64,000 bases of DNA. Source: Octopus vulgaris. Lineage: Eukaryota. This document shows positions 27,190 to 40,296 of this stretch, piece by piece. The translations under genes were made by a program, and so were the position numbers. The stretch's first letter is position 1, and each line of letters starts with the position of its first letter. The DNA is taken from assembly GCA_951406725.2 (NCBI GenBank), contig OX597827.1:80910001-80974000 (forward strand), written 5' to 3'. The notes below the pieces were generated by a model. The model saw only the letters and a program-made list of their open reading frames with translations. It ran no database searches and had not been told where the DNA came from.

Positions 27190-27566
27190 GCAGTAGCAGC
27201 ACGGTTGTAAAGACGAAATTACACAAATAGATTATAGAGAAGACCAGCAAGGAATAATGGAAAAATAAGGAAATAAATGTAAAGTAGAGGAATGGTAAAG
27301 AAAATATTGCGAAGGAAGCAATTAGGAAGACAGATCAGACAAATTAACCCTGCAGGAATCATAAAATAGTGACAACAATGGAGGGGGGGGGGGGACATTG
27401 TTGGAGAAAAATAGTGGAATGGAAAGAAATAAGAAACGGTAAAACAGTCGACATAATAAGGTTGGAGTGGAACCAGATACAATGTTGTGAGTCTACTGCA
27501 GTAATGTATACACATCTATATGTATACATACATGCAAACACACACACACATACACACACATATACA

Positions 27567-27683
<117 letters not shown>

Positions 27684-27918
27684 ATATATATATATATACA
27701 TGTATATATATATATACATGTATATATATGTGTATATATATATACACACAGAGAGATGTATCTGTTTGTATGTATGTAATGTATACATGTATATATATAT
27801 GTGTGTGAGTGTGTGCATATATATATATATATACACACACATGTATTTCCTACAGGAATATAATGGGGCTGATGACATACATATATTACATTGACTAACA
27901 AGGCATTGAAGGTTTGCA

Positions 27919-27960
<42 letters not shown>

Positions 27961-27962
<2 letters not shown>

Positions 27963-28200
27963 CGGAGATGTACTTGCATAGCAAGTGACCTGATCTGAGA
28001 TCGTGTGCTGGAACGAAAACAATTGCAGCGTGGAAGGTGTTTATAAGCCATTTAAGATTCAGCATGGAATTTTGTCAGTGAACTGGTCGCGGTCTCAAAG
28101 TGACAAAAATATTTTGGCAAATTAAGTTTAAATGTTGAAGTGAATCTAACGGTTTTTGTGTGTGTCTTAAATGGCTTATAAACACCTTCCACACTGCATT
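27961..28200. mobile_element. Partially inverted (TA)n-flanked element, Penelope-type architecture
   Basis: 34-bp inverted repeat tgcagcgtggaaggtgtttataagccatttaaga (28024-28057) versus 28165-28198; interior has hammerhead-like three-stem geometry. Confidence 0.6.
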
Positions 28201-29588
28201 ATTATATATATATATATATATATATACATAGAGAAAAAAGAAAGAAAGAAAGAAAGGGAAGGGGAGGGGAGGGGGAGTGATACCAAGAAATACAAAAAAA
28301 AAAAACAATCAACAGAATCCTCTGAGTAACAGAGTTGAATGGCAGAGAGTATTGAGTGGATTAAAAGACTATTTGCAGGCATCAGTGGATAGTTTGGTAC
28401 ACGTTGATATGTCAGTTGGTACACGCTGGTGTGTATAATGTGGTACACGTTGGATAGAGTGAGGAAATGTAATCTGAAGACTAATTGTCAATGTTTGATG
28501 TTTTGAAATAAAGATGTTGTCCATAGTTTAGAGAGGAAGTGAGGAGAGAGAGGAAGAAATGTTGGTAGGAAGACAAGGAAAATAAGACAACATCAGAAAT
28601 ACCAGCAGAGAAGACAGAAAGAGAGAATGGTAAACGGTAGATGGTGGCACTGCTGGTTTAACAAAGAAACACAGAGGAATGGAGAGATGGAAATGGCAGA
28701 GTTAATTCTGAACAATTGAGCCGTTATTAGGGAGCAAGGGTGGGACCCCAACAACAACGGCAATAACAGAAGCAGTAAAGGGTCAGAGAAAAATGGTTGA
28801 AACCATAAGAAATGGTCACCAATCAGATTTCATTATTATTGCAGAGTATTCCAACCATGGCTGAGACCTAATTTTGGTAAATCAATAGAATCAATAATCA
28901 ACCCTTTTTGCAATGATCAACATCACCACCACCACCACCACCACCACCACCACCACCACCACCACCACGACCATGATCTGTAAGTGTTCCCTGTGGCAGC
29001 TTGGTTATATGTGCTGATAGGACAGTGATCACATCCCTTGGGTCTTCAATAGTGCCAACTTGAGAATGGATATCATCCAAGAGGCCATTTCTATCTGAGA
29101 TATAGAGACTCCTATAGAAAAGGGGCCTCTGTTAAGCACCCCCCACCACACTGTGGAACAACAGTACCAAACCATTTATCTTGGTGACATTGGGTGAAGA
29201 CAGGGATGAGGACAGCTGAGGATGTTTGAGGTCAGCATGAGAATAACAAGACAAAGGGGAAGGCATGAACTCCACAACATGACTCAGTCTTCATCCATAA
29301 CAATAACAATAACAATGGTTGCCTTTTAAACATGCCAACAGAGTCGTCAGATATACTGAAGGGGTAGGAGGAATGGGGGTGGGAAGAAGGAGAGAAAGAG
29401 GAAATTTGTATTGGATGGGTCTGACGATGTATATGTACACACAGACACACATGTGTGTGTGTGTGTGTGTTTCTGTGAGTGTCTGCATGTGAGTGTGAAT
29501 ATATTTAATACATTACATTTACATATATATGTACATATACACATATATGTATATACATATATACATATATATATATATACATATATAC

Positions 29589-29670
<82 letters not shown>

Positions 29671-29970
29671 GTACTTATATATGTATAGACATATATGTAC
29701 TTATATATGTATACACATATACACATACATATATATATGTATTTGTATTTATACATGCATGTACGAATACGTGTATACATGCACACCCATACATACGCAT
29801 ATGTAGATATATATGAGTGTGTGTATATATGCCTGCATATGCATGTGTGCATATATACATGTATGTGCGTGATATATATATATATATACATATATACACA
29901 CGCACACACACATGTATATGTGTGTGTGTGCATGTGTGCATACATGCGTGCGTGCGTATCTAGCCAGGCT

Positions 29971-30410
29971 CTATTACCAGCAGAGCAGAAAGAATGCCGA
30001 AGGTAGAGACTCAGCCATAAAGACCAATTACTGATTGATAAATTTATATTGCAAGATTGTATGAGGCATCGTCTCTGCATTTCACAGTGTCAAGGATTGA
30101 TTACAAAGATGTCATTGGTTTGATTTCATATTGGGGAAGAATAGGGAAGAGACAGCTCAATATGTGGAGGCTGACTGCGGAGAGGGAAGGAGGATGAATT
30201 CTATAGAGGAGTCATTCAGGGTGACACCATGTCTCTTCTGCTTTTTGCCCTCGTGTATATAGGATGTATATTGATATGTTTAATAGAATTAGAAGAATTG
30301 TAATTGACAGGTGAGTCTATTATTAAAAGCAAGGAAGAGTACAGTATATTGCAAATTTCTGGTTTGTCTTGAGACTGGAGTACAAGGATCTATTGTCAGA
30401 GAAATTAAGA
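29971..30410 (+). pseudogene. Ancient R4/NeSL-like (RLE-clade) non-LTR RT fragment
   Basis: LLPAEQKECRR*RLSHKDQLLIDKFILQDC.../IDYKDV.../RGVIQGDTMSLLLFAL match the EQKGC, KDQLLID, WIDYKKAFD and GIFQGDSLSPLLF motifs; multiple stops and frameshifts. Confidence 0.65.
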
Positions 30411-30411
30411 G

Positions 30412-30437
<26 letters not shown>

Positions 30438-30442
<5 letters not shown>

Positions 30443-30628
30443 AGGGTTTGTGAAAAAAAAACAAAAGAAGAAGACAGGTGATGTACAAAACAAACAGATG
30501 TATTAGTATAATGCTCAGGAATAGAAAAAGTCTTTTACGTTTCGAGCCTACGCTCTTCTACAGAAAGAGACACAGAAAAACAAGGAGAGAAAATAATGTG
30601 TGTAGTGGCTAACGATCTATCATGGTGA
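30438..30628 (-). mobile_element. ~190-bp Penelope-type non-autonomous element with hammerhead-like motif (copy 1)
   Basis: Homologous to 37747-37940. Minus strand 30568-30531: tcttt-CTGTAGA-a-gagc-gtag-gctc-GAAAC-GTA-aaaga; adjacent to (TA)n. Confidence 0.7.
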
Positions 30629-30644
30629 CTGACTTTGGACAGAA

Positions 30645-30683
<39 letters not shown>

Positions 30684-30762
30684 AATTAGCATGAAGCATA
30701 AGGATACAGCAAAGTATCAACTTGCTAGAAATAAGAGCTAAAGTCTTAATTAAACCACCGTA

Positions 30763-30828
<66 letters not shown>

Positions 30829-31187
30829 TGTGTACAGTGCTCAGGTGCACTACAACTCATCTAAAGTGTATATATAATCAGGTGAAGTTTCGGCGATTTC
30901 GGAAAGCATGAGGGCCTTAAAAGATGCAGTGTCATGGCAGTCAACAACTGACGCAGGCAGTTTATTCCATGCTTCAGCAACTCTGAGCGTGAAAAATGTT
31001 TCCGAAAGTCATGGGAGCTGTATTGTTTTCTGACTTTGTAGGCATGTCCACGTGTGTTAGACACATGGAGATCAAAAAGGTGTTCAGTGTTGTTGTTGGT
31101 GAGGTGGTTGATAACTTTGTGGGTGTTTACCAAGTCCGTCGCCAAACGCCGGAGCTTCAGTGAATCCATGCCCAGGGAAACAAGGCA
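30763..31187 (-). mobile_element. CR1-like LINE 3' fragment with (TTA)n tail
   Basis: LVSLGMDSLKLRRLATDLVNTHKVI...TRGHAYKV...RKHF/TLRVAEAWNKLPASVV is a typical CR1 ORF2 C-terminus; (AAT)n on + at 30763-30827. Confidence 0.85.
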
Positions 31188-31985
31188 GCTGTATACAGTT
31201 TTAAATAGATGGCTGGAGAGCGGCTAACAAAAGACCTGCTGAGTGATGCCAAGACACCCTCGGCCTTCCTGACAATCTTAGAGAAATAACAGAGAAATAG
31301 CAGTAGGTGAGGAAACAGAAAGAATTAATATATTCAAAAGCTCACCTATGAAGACTTATACTATTTAGGCAATCTACACACCTGAGTTTCAGCCTCCTGA
31401 AATTTAATCTTTGAACCTCTTCAGTGTAGACTGCATGGTCAAAATTTGAGTCTGTCACATTATATATCCCTTAATTCACTGGTCTTGTCTATATATATAT
31501 ATGGAGATATATGAATATATATAGATTGAGGTTTATGAATATACTGAGATAGGGGTTTATATATATACTGAGATTGGAGTTTATAAATATACAGAGATCA
31601 GGTGTATAATTCTATATAGATTTGGGTATAAATTTATTGAACAGGAGGTTGTGAAGAGGGTTTTTATGAGATTTGAGGTTGTAGTTGCCTTTTTCGTTAG
31701 TGCTATGTCTATTATCATAGAAAAAGGTTAGCCATTGCATGCTCCTAATTAAGTCATTAGTTTTGTGTAGAAATAATTAGAGGTAAGTTTCTTGAGATGT
31801 AATGGGTATGTCCTTCAGTAAGATGCCAAGGAATTGCTTGTCCATGCTGTGTACCACCTATTATAAAGTGCTTGTGTATATAGACATATGTATATATATA
31901 GACAGAGGTGTATAAATATGTATAGATTGACATATATAAAAATGTACAGACTAAGGTATATAAATGTATATAGACTGAGGTGTAT

Positions 31986-32470
31986 CTCACAGAGGAAATG
32001 ATGAAAGACAGAGACCTCTGGAGGTATGCTGTGACTGAGAAGACCTGGCAAATAAAGGGAGATCACAGCTGTAACCTACACCAGTGTTGCATAACCAGCC
32101 AACTCAAAAAGTACCCTTGGATCGTAGGGTGACACGTCGTGTTTTGGAGACTTATTGAGCCAAGTACATCAACATCAAAATGAAATCAAATCACAATCAA
32201 ATGGAAATTGTAGTTGTGGTCCCCGTGCTGGTGGCACGTAAAAAAGCATCATCCGAATGTGGTTGATGCTAGACCCCTCACCCTGACTGGCTTCTGTGCC
32301 GGTGGCATGTAAAAAGCACCTACTACACTCTCGGAGTAGTTGGTGTTAGGGAGTACATCCAGCTGTAGAAACACGGACAGATCAGTTTGGTGCCTGGCTT
32401 TCCAGACTCCAGTCAAACCATCCAACCCATGCCAGCATGATGATGATGATGATGATGATGATGACGATGA
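31986..32470 (+). mobile_element. RTE 3' end
   Basis: LTEEMMKDRDLWRYAVTEKT followed by the UTR and (GAT)n. Confidence 0.8.
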
Positions 32471-32647
32471 CTGCACAAAATCTGTCTCTGCTAATCTGTT
32501 TTCCACAACATATCCTCCTAATTGCTTGAGGCTATAGTAGAAGACACCTGCCCAAGGTGTCACTTAGTGGGACTGGGACTGAACCCGGAACCATGTGGTT
32601 CAGAAGCAAGCTACTTACCACCCAGCCACGCCTGTGCCTATATATAT

Positions 32648-32702
<55 letters not shown>

Positions 32703-33257
32703 TGGCGGTGAACTCACTCATACAAACACACACATACACATATATACAAAAAGAGAGAGAGAGAAAGAAAGAGAAATGAAGAGAAAGGGTGACAGAAATA
32801 GAGAGAGAGGGAGAGAGAGAGGGAGAGAGAGAGAAAGAGAGATGGAGGTATTAGTATAAACAGCGATATAAATATAGATAAATGTATCAAGGATAAAACT
32901 GATAAAGTGACATTTATGATGGGCTTCAGCACAGTTTCCATCAATGAAATTTCATTAACCAGATATTGGTGACCCTGAAGCATTGACTGGGAAGAAATCT
33001 CCTACAAACACATCCATGCCAGCAGCATAAAATGAATGCTTCAGAACAGAACAAAATACTAGACAATGTTAAATTAGTGATGAAACCTAGAGTAAATGTT
33101 AAAAGTAGGTTTATAGCCATTAACACATAGGTTGTGTCTCTGTAGGGGTTTAGTTGAAAGACTAACCGGGAGTGGAATGAAGAAGGTTTACAGAGTGAGA
33201 TCAATGACCGTATATGGAAATTAGCAACATTATCAATATTGAGCCAAATATGGACAT

Positions 33258-33872
33258 TATTGTTGTTGTGGTTATTTAGCCCCAGGTCAGCCCTCCCTAA
33301 GCAGACCTATGATCAAAGACAGTTCAGTTATGACTATCCTGTTGTTGTTTTGTATATTTAGGGTTTTATAATCTAATGATTTCTATTTTTAAGATTTTGA
33401 AATGTAATTTGTAAGAGGTTTGGCTGCTGTTTCTAACATATCAAGTGACTACTGAGATTCTTTCTCATTAGCTCAACTTTCAAGAAATAGCAGTCAAATC
33501 CTGTCTACCTACACCTTGTGCTAATTATAGAATGCACTAGACAATGTAGTGGTTGATGTATGAGCAGATAGGATGGTCATAACTGGAACATCTTTAGTTA
33601 TAATGCTTGTTGAGGGACTGACTTTGGGCTAAGCAAAGCTAATACCTACATCATCATCATCTGCAACACCATTAGCCAATGTGGGAACTTTTATATGGCC
33701 AACACACAAGAAATAACAGCCAAACCATCCTCAAATCTTAAAGCATGAAGAATACATTAGATAATGAAGTAATAAATAAACTTGATGACTGAAGGGTGGG
33801 TCATGCCTGGAATGTCTTTGTTTATAGCTATAGAAGGTCAGTGCCAGCCTGGGGGCTAAACAGCAACAATAG
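33258..33872. repeat. Cluster of three copies of an ancient ~170-bp dispersed repeat (about 11 copies in the window)
   Basis: Consensus tagaaatagcagccaaa...ggatggtcatggctggaa...gatcataggtc...ggggctaaacaacaac. Also at ~296-446, 1078-1430, 1450-1615, 5158-5292, 11255-11430, 21843-21990, 22425-22595, 25706-25888. Confidence 0.75.
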
Positions 33873-33993
33873 CTACCACCACAAACACCACCACCACCAC
33901 CACCACTGCCACCACCACCACCACCACCACCACCACCACCACCACCACCACCACCACCACCACTACCACTACTACTACCTTCTTTGTCCAGTG

Positions 33994-34112
33994 GTCTCCC
34001 ATGGCAACAAGAATGTGTGGACCAATCAAGGCCAAAATAAAAAACCCAGAAGCAGTGACGTCATAGACCATGTGATCAGATGTCCAGCATTAAGTGAAGC
34101 AGCGCCCCCTAC
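33994..34112. promoter_or_regulatory. Promoter/enhancer-like motif cluster (RFX X-box, CCAAT, CRE, CTCF-like)
   Basis: gtctcccatggcaac 33994-34008; ggaccaatca 34019-34028; tgacgtca 34056-34063; cagcgccccctac 34100-34112. Confidence 0.45.
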
Positions 34113-34289
34113 CACACACACACACATAGCTATGTGTAGATTATTGATCCAGTTTGGTCCAACAATGGCTGAATGTGTTGGTCAGTTGTGTCCATCAATA
34201 GCTGACCGTTGTGAGAGACCATCAGTGATGCATGATGGGATACTGGTAAATGTCACTCACTGATGGCTTCACAATGGTGGGAGGAAATG

Positions 34290-34620
34290 GCGGTGGTGGG
34301 GGTTGTAGCGTTGGTGGCAGTTCTGTTAGTGGTGATGGTGGTGGTTGAGGTGGTTGTGGTGGTAGTAGTGATGATGGTGGTGGTGGTAGTTGTGGTGGTA
34401 GTTGAAGTGGTAGTAGTGATGATGGTGGTTGTGGTGGTTGTGGTGGTGGTGGGGGTAGTAGCGTTGGTGTCAGTTCTGTTAGTGGTGATGGTGGTGGTTG
34501 TGGTGGTGGTGGTGGTAGTAGTGATGATGGTGGTTGTGGTGGTAGTAGTGGTAATGGTGGAGGTGGTGGTGGTTGTGGTGGTGGTAGTAGTGATGATGGT
34601 GGTTGTGGTGGTGGTGGTGT
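34290..34620. repeat. (GGT)n-derived low-complexity tract with internal duplication
   Basis: gtagcgttggtg.cagttctgttagtggtgatggtgg occurs twice (~34305 and ~34458). Confidence 0.85.
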
Positions 34621-36195
34621 AAGGTAATCTCCACTCCCTCCCCTCCCCCACATCCTCTTCTGTTCATTTCTTTCCCTTCATCCTTATATCACATCTCCCT
34701 CCCCCCTCTCCCCACTTCTTACTTTCATTTCTCTACCCCCCCCCCCCACCAACACCTCTTCTTCACTTCGTCACCACCTCCAACACCCCCTACACCACCA
34801 CAAACTACCACAGCCTACTACAACCTCTCCCTTCTCCCCACGCAAGGAAAATGTTGAAATTACTTGAAAAAAATGATGAAAAAACAGAAATTTCCGTTTT
34901 TCAAAATATCTTAGTTTTAAATGTTTCTTTTTTTTTTCTTTCTAATCACACACACATACATATATGCACCCACACACACACACACATACATATACAGAAA
35001 TAAAGCAGAAACACGCGCTCACACATGCAAGCGCATTTAAAGAAGCTCTACAAACATACACAAATACATGTATACACGCACACATACAAACATGCATGCA
35101 TACACATGCACACACCCTTCCATGCATTCGAACATACCACTACAGGCACACACACACAAACCATACATATATGTACATATCTTTGTGTGTATATATACAC
35201 ACACACACACACATACATATATACACACACATATACATACATACACACATATATATATACATATATATATATACACACATATACATACATATGTATACAC
35301 ACACGCACATATATATATACACACACATATACATACAAACATACACACACGTACATATATATATACATATATATATACACACACATACATACATATATAT
35401 ACACACACACACATATATATACATACATACACACACATATATACATATATATATACACACACACACACACACATATATATATACGTAAACACACACACAT
35501 ATATATACATACATATATATACATATATATACACACACATATACATACACACACATATATATACATATACACACACATATATATTTGTATGTACGCAAAA
35601 ACGTTTATACAAATAAGACACACATAAACATGTCAAATTTTTTCTGGTGTCACTAAAATAAAATTCCTCCGTGGTGCGTAGGTGGGGGTGGAGGTGGTGG
35701 TGGTAGTGTCGGTGGAGGCAGGAGGTGTGTAGGGAGTGTTGTTAGGGTGGCAGTAGCCATGTAACGGAGGGATGGTGGTGGGGGGTAATGGAGTGGTGGT
35801 AGTGGTGGTGGTGGTGGAGAATGGAAGATGTGGTGGTCTGGTGCTGAGATGCTGGAGAGGAGTGAAAGAAACGTTGGTGATGTAGAAATAATCAAAAGGA
35901 AGACATGTTGGAGGTGATGGTCATGGCTTGTGGAAAGGAAATTTCAAGGGCTTTGTAATGGAGTGTAGAAGACATACTGGAGGTCTGTTGCAGGGAGCAG
36001 AAGACATTTACCTCCAGACATGTTGGAGGTAAATGAAAAGGGGGTTAGCTGAGATGATGAGAAGGGGAGGGATTGGAAAATGTGTTTTGGAGATGAGTGA
36101 GTTTGTGTGTGTATGCGTGCATATTGTTGTACACAAAGACACACACACACATACATACATACACACCTTTAGGCACATATATGTATACATATATT

Positions 36196-37065
36196 CAGGG
36201 TACGATGGGTAAATTGTCGCCATTTTACATTTTTGATTTCATGAATGTGCATTGTTTGTTTTTGATTTTGTCGACTACACAGTATAGTAGGGTCAGTTGG
36301 GCACCATCTGTGAGAAAAACAGCACCATGGTGCAATTCATTCTGCCAGAAATTTGGAAATAACATGCTGTACTGCTTGGCATTCATGTTGGAAGATCTAA
36401 TACAAACATTTCAGAATGTTTGGGTGTCAATCTGAGGACATGTACGGAGAGAGATAAAATTCAAACATCCAGTCAACATCGTGTTGTTTTGAGTGATCAC
36501 TAGTGATTGCAATGTTATGCCTCTATTCATCTTCCCACACAGATTCACACTCAACACGGAGGCCTACATCAAGTGCTAGGAAGAGGTAGTGCTGCCCTGG
36601 GTTGAGAGGGTGGCTGCTGGAAGACCCTATGTCTGGCAACAGCACTCTGCACCATGCCACACAAACAGGAGAACCCAGTTATGGATGTTAGACAATTTAT
36701 GACCACACCACCCATAACATCTGGCTACCTTACTCCCCAGACTGCAACCCCCTCGATTATTATGTATGGGATGCAGTTGAATAAGAGACAAATAAAACTC
36801 CTTGTAACAGGAAAGATGAACTAAAGGCAAGGATTATGGCAGCATTCACCAACTTAAACAAGGAGACTGTCTAGAAGAGTTGCAGGAAATTCCAAAGTCG
36901 TCTGGAGGCTGTGGTTGAAGTCAATGGCGATTTCATTGAATAAATTTACTCTTTAGTATTTCAAGATATTTTTATGTAATTTTGGTAAATATATCTGTTA
37001 AAATGAGATGTCAGGGTTATTTTCATTTTTGGTAATTTAAATGACAAGTTATTCACAGCACCCTA
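36196..37065 (+). mobile_element. Internally deleted Tc1/mariner-superfamily transposon, maT (DD37D)-like, pseudogenised
   Basis: Translates (with stops and a frameshift) as KHPVNIVLF*VITSD..MPLFIFP..LNTEAYIKC*EEVVLPWV..GRPYVWQQHSAPCHT..NIWLPYSPDCNPLDYYVWDAVE..FQSRLEAVVEVNGDFIE*. Imperfect ~25-bp TIRs (cagggtacgatgggtaaattgtc / gacaagttattcacagcacccta) in TA context. Confidence 0.85.
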
Positions 37066-37084
37066 TATATATATATATACATAC

Positions 37085-37138
<54 letters not shown>

Positions 37139-37300
37139 GTGTGTGTGTGTGTATATATATACATTGTTTACAGTTTCATTATTAGTGGAAACAACAGCAA
37201 AAAATTTAAACTGTGTGTGTTTGAATTCACAGACATTGTATGTGTGAGTGTGTATATATATATAGATATACACACACACACATACATACATATATATATA

Positions 37301-37506
37301 TTCTTTTATTTGTTTCAGACATTTGACTGCAGCCATGCTGGAGCACTGTCTTTAGTCAAACAAATCAACTTCAGGACTTATTCTTTGCAAGCCTAGTACT
37401 TATTCTATTGGTCTCTTTTACCAAACTGCTAAGTTACAGGGACATAAATACACCAACATTGGTTGTCAATTGATGGTGGGGGACAACACAGACAAACAAA
37501 CACACG

Positions 37507-37545
<39 letters not shown>

Positions 37546-37703
37546 TCAACGGACTTCTTTCAATTTCTGTCTACCAAATACACAAGGCTTTGGTCGGCCT
37601 GAGGCCATAGTAGAAGACACTTGTCCAAGATGCCATGCAGTAGGACTGAACCCATAACCATGTGATTGGGAAGCAAGCTTCTCACCACACAGCCACACCT
37701 GCA

Positions 37704-37705
<2 letters not shown>
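37301..37705 (-). mobile_element. Full-length copy of the same SINE
   Basis: Colinear with 43690-44103. Partial copies at 12175-12370(+), 32470-32640(-), 38750-38913(-), 39840-40206(-), 42980-43170(+), 62000-62315(-). Confidence 0.85.
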
Positions 37706-37746
<41 letters not shown>

Positions 37747-37747
<1 letters not shown>

Positions 37748-37940
37748 CCATGATAGATCGCTAGTCACTACGCATTCTTTATTTTCTCTCCTTGTTTCTT
37801 TCTGTGTTCCTTTCTGTGGAAGAGCATAGGCTCGAAATGTTAAAGCCTTTTTCAATTCCCGAGCGTTATACTAATACATCTGTTTGTTGTCTACACTACC
37901 TGTCTTTGTCTTTTGTTTTTTTTTTTTGTGAATTTTCCCT
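37747..37940 (+). mobile_element. Same ~190-bp element (copy 2)
   Basis: caccatgatagatcg...cttt-CTGTGGA-a-gagc-atag-gctc-GAAAT-GTT-aaag...atactaatacatctgtttg...ccct; (TA)n on both sides. Confidence 0.7.
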
Positions 37941-37951
37941 ATAAATATATA

Positions 37952-37989
<38 letters not shown>

Positions 37990-39539
37990 AAACACAATAT
38001 GTCTTTGTGTGCTACTATTAGTTTCTTGTGCTGAGAAAACTATTAGTAGCACATAAAAGTATGTATTATGTTTATTAAGTAATATTTATTTATCTCCCAC
38101 CAGATGGAGCATGTTTTTTTTGTCGATCTTACCACATAAATATATATATATATAGATATATGTGTGTGCGTGTGTGTATGTGCATGTGCGTGTGTGTGTG
38201 TGTGTGTGTGTGTATGTGCATATATAAGGGTATGTATGTTCTATTTTGTGCCCAGTGACATAAGTGAAACTTTAGGAAGCAGTGCACCTTCTCAAGGAAT
38301 GTAATACTTCCAAGAATTTGTTCCTTTTGTCTTCAGACAGAAAATTTAAGAATTTCTTTCCTGGCAGACATAGCAATAGACCCTGGGAAAATTTACTGAT
38401 TAGAAACATAATTATTTTAGAGTAATCATATAAATTAGTATAATATTTTGCAAATAAAAAATAATAGAAGTTTTTGTAGAAAATAAAGAAAAGAATTTAT
38501 TTATTTATTTTATTGCTGTATGTATTTTTTTTTTGTGAAGCTGGTTTTGAATCATCTTTGAAATTGTGAAAGAATCAGGATTCTTGGAACCATTGAAGAT
38601 TGTAAACATCGTTTTGCTGGAGTTAATTTACTTAAAATATTATGAATTTTTCAAAATGTTTTTATTTTTGGTGTTAATAAACTTGGGTAAGATTGGGTTC
38701 TGTTACTACTTCACCTGTCTATCTATCTGTCTGTTTGTCTATCTATATATGACAGGCTTCTTTCAGTTTCTGTCTACCAAATCCACTCACAAGGCTTTGG
38801 TCAGCCTGTGGCTATAGCAGAAGACACTTGTCCAAGGTGCCACGCAGTGGGAATGAACCCAGAACTATGTGGTTGGTAAGCAAGCTACTTACCACACAGC
38901 CACTCCTGCACCTACTGTGTAACTTTCCAATTTGCTTTTAATACTTTCTCCCAACACTCTACATCACTGCTTATAACTAACTGTATGTAAACACTTCATC
39001 TAGATGTAAATTTTGTAACTCCTATTTGTAAATGAAACATCAGTAATAGTTAATAAATAATATCCATAAATTTCTCCAACTTCCTGTTTTGATACATACA
39101 TGTATATATAAACATGTGTGTATATATGGTTTCCTTTATTTGAAAAGTAATTTTTAAAAAGATTTTCTAAACGATGAACTTTTATTTTTACATTATATAT
39201 TATATATTACTTATTTATATGCTTCCTATATATATATATATATATATATATTTTTATATACCTATATATTTATATATATTACTTTATACTATATTTTTAC
39301 GTATTTATTTTCTAGGTGTTGTAATGTTTTTTAAAAATATATATTTCTTAATCGCTAAAGTATTAACTTTTAACCGTGATGAACTGTATTCACACATTTT
39401 TCTCGCACTTTCTTATATGCTTGTACAGATGAGTTATGTTTCATCTTCCGTGATGTCATAAATGTATATTCTATGATTAAATGTTCGAGATATGAAATGT
39501 TATGTGGATGACCTTGCATTTGTTTGTTCTGTAACCTTA

Positions 39540-39604
<65 letters not shown>

Positions 39605-39623
39605 GCATACATATATATATCGT

Positions 39624-39835
39624 AAGGAAGCCAGCTGTCAGTATCATCATTGTGTCAGACAAACTTCTAAGTGGCTTCTGACTTGAGATTCTGAGTTCAA
39701 ATACAACTGGGGTCAACTTTACCTTTCATCCTTTTGAAGTCGGAAAAATAAGGACCATTTGAGCCCTAGGGTCCAATGGGATCGATTAAGCCCTTCCCAC
39801 GAAATTGCTGGCCTTGGGCCAAAATTTGAAACCAA
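39624..39835 (+). mobile_element. Same SINE family, decayed (other copies ~885-990, 24050-24230, 25360-25510, 49580-49760 minus, 56818-57010, 57025-57135)
   Basis: ctgagttcaaat..ggtcaactttacctttcatcctttt..gtcg..aaaataag..cc and attgctggccttg.gccaaaatttgaaacc tail. Confidence 0.7.
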
Positions 39836-40296
39836 TTTGTATTCTTTTACTTGTTTCAGTCATTAGACTGTGGCCATGCTGGAGCACTGCCTCGAGGAAT
39901 TTTAGTTGAATGGATTGACCCCCAGGACTTTTCTTTTATGCCCTTTATTTATTTTATTATTCTCTTTTGCTGAACTGCTATTTCATGCATACAAACCAAC
40001 ACCAATGGTCAAACAGCGGTAGGTGACAAACGCATACACACAGACAGATACAAGCAGACACACACACACACACATATATGATAAGCTTCTTTGTTTGGCC
40101 TGAGGCTATATTAGATGATGCTTGCGCAAGGTGTCACACAGTGGGACTGAACCCAGAACCATGTGGTTGGGAAGTAAGCTCTTAACCACACACAAATGTC
40201 TGCACCTATGCATATATTTCTACACATACAGACACACAGTATAACTCTAACTTACCACTCACCACACACTTTATATACACATATATACACATATAT

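Noticed and set aside
39420-39510. cagatga...atgtttc/gagatat-gaaatgtt hammerhead-like layout in a TA-flanked block
   Set aside because: Core and spacing deviate and stem I is not convincing; may be a heavily decayed relative.
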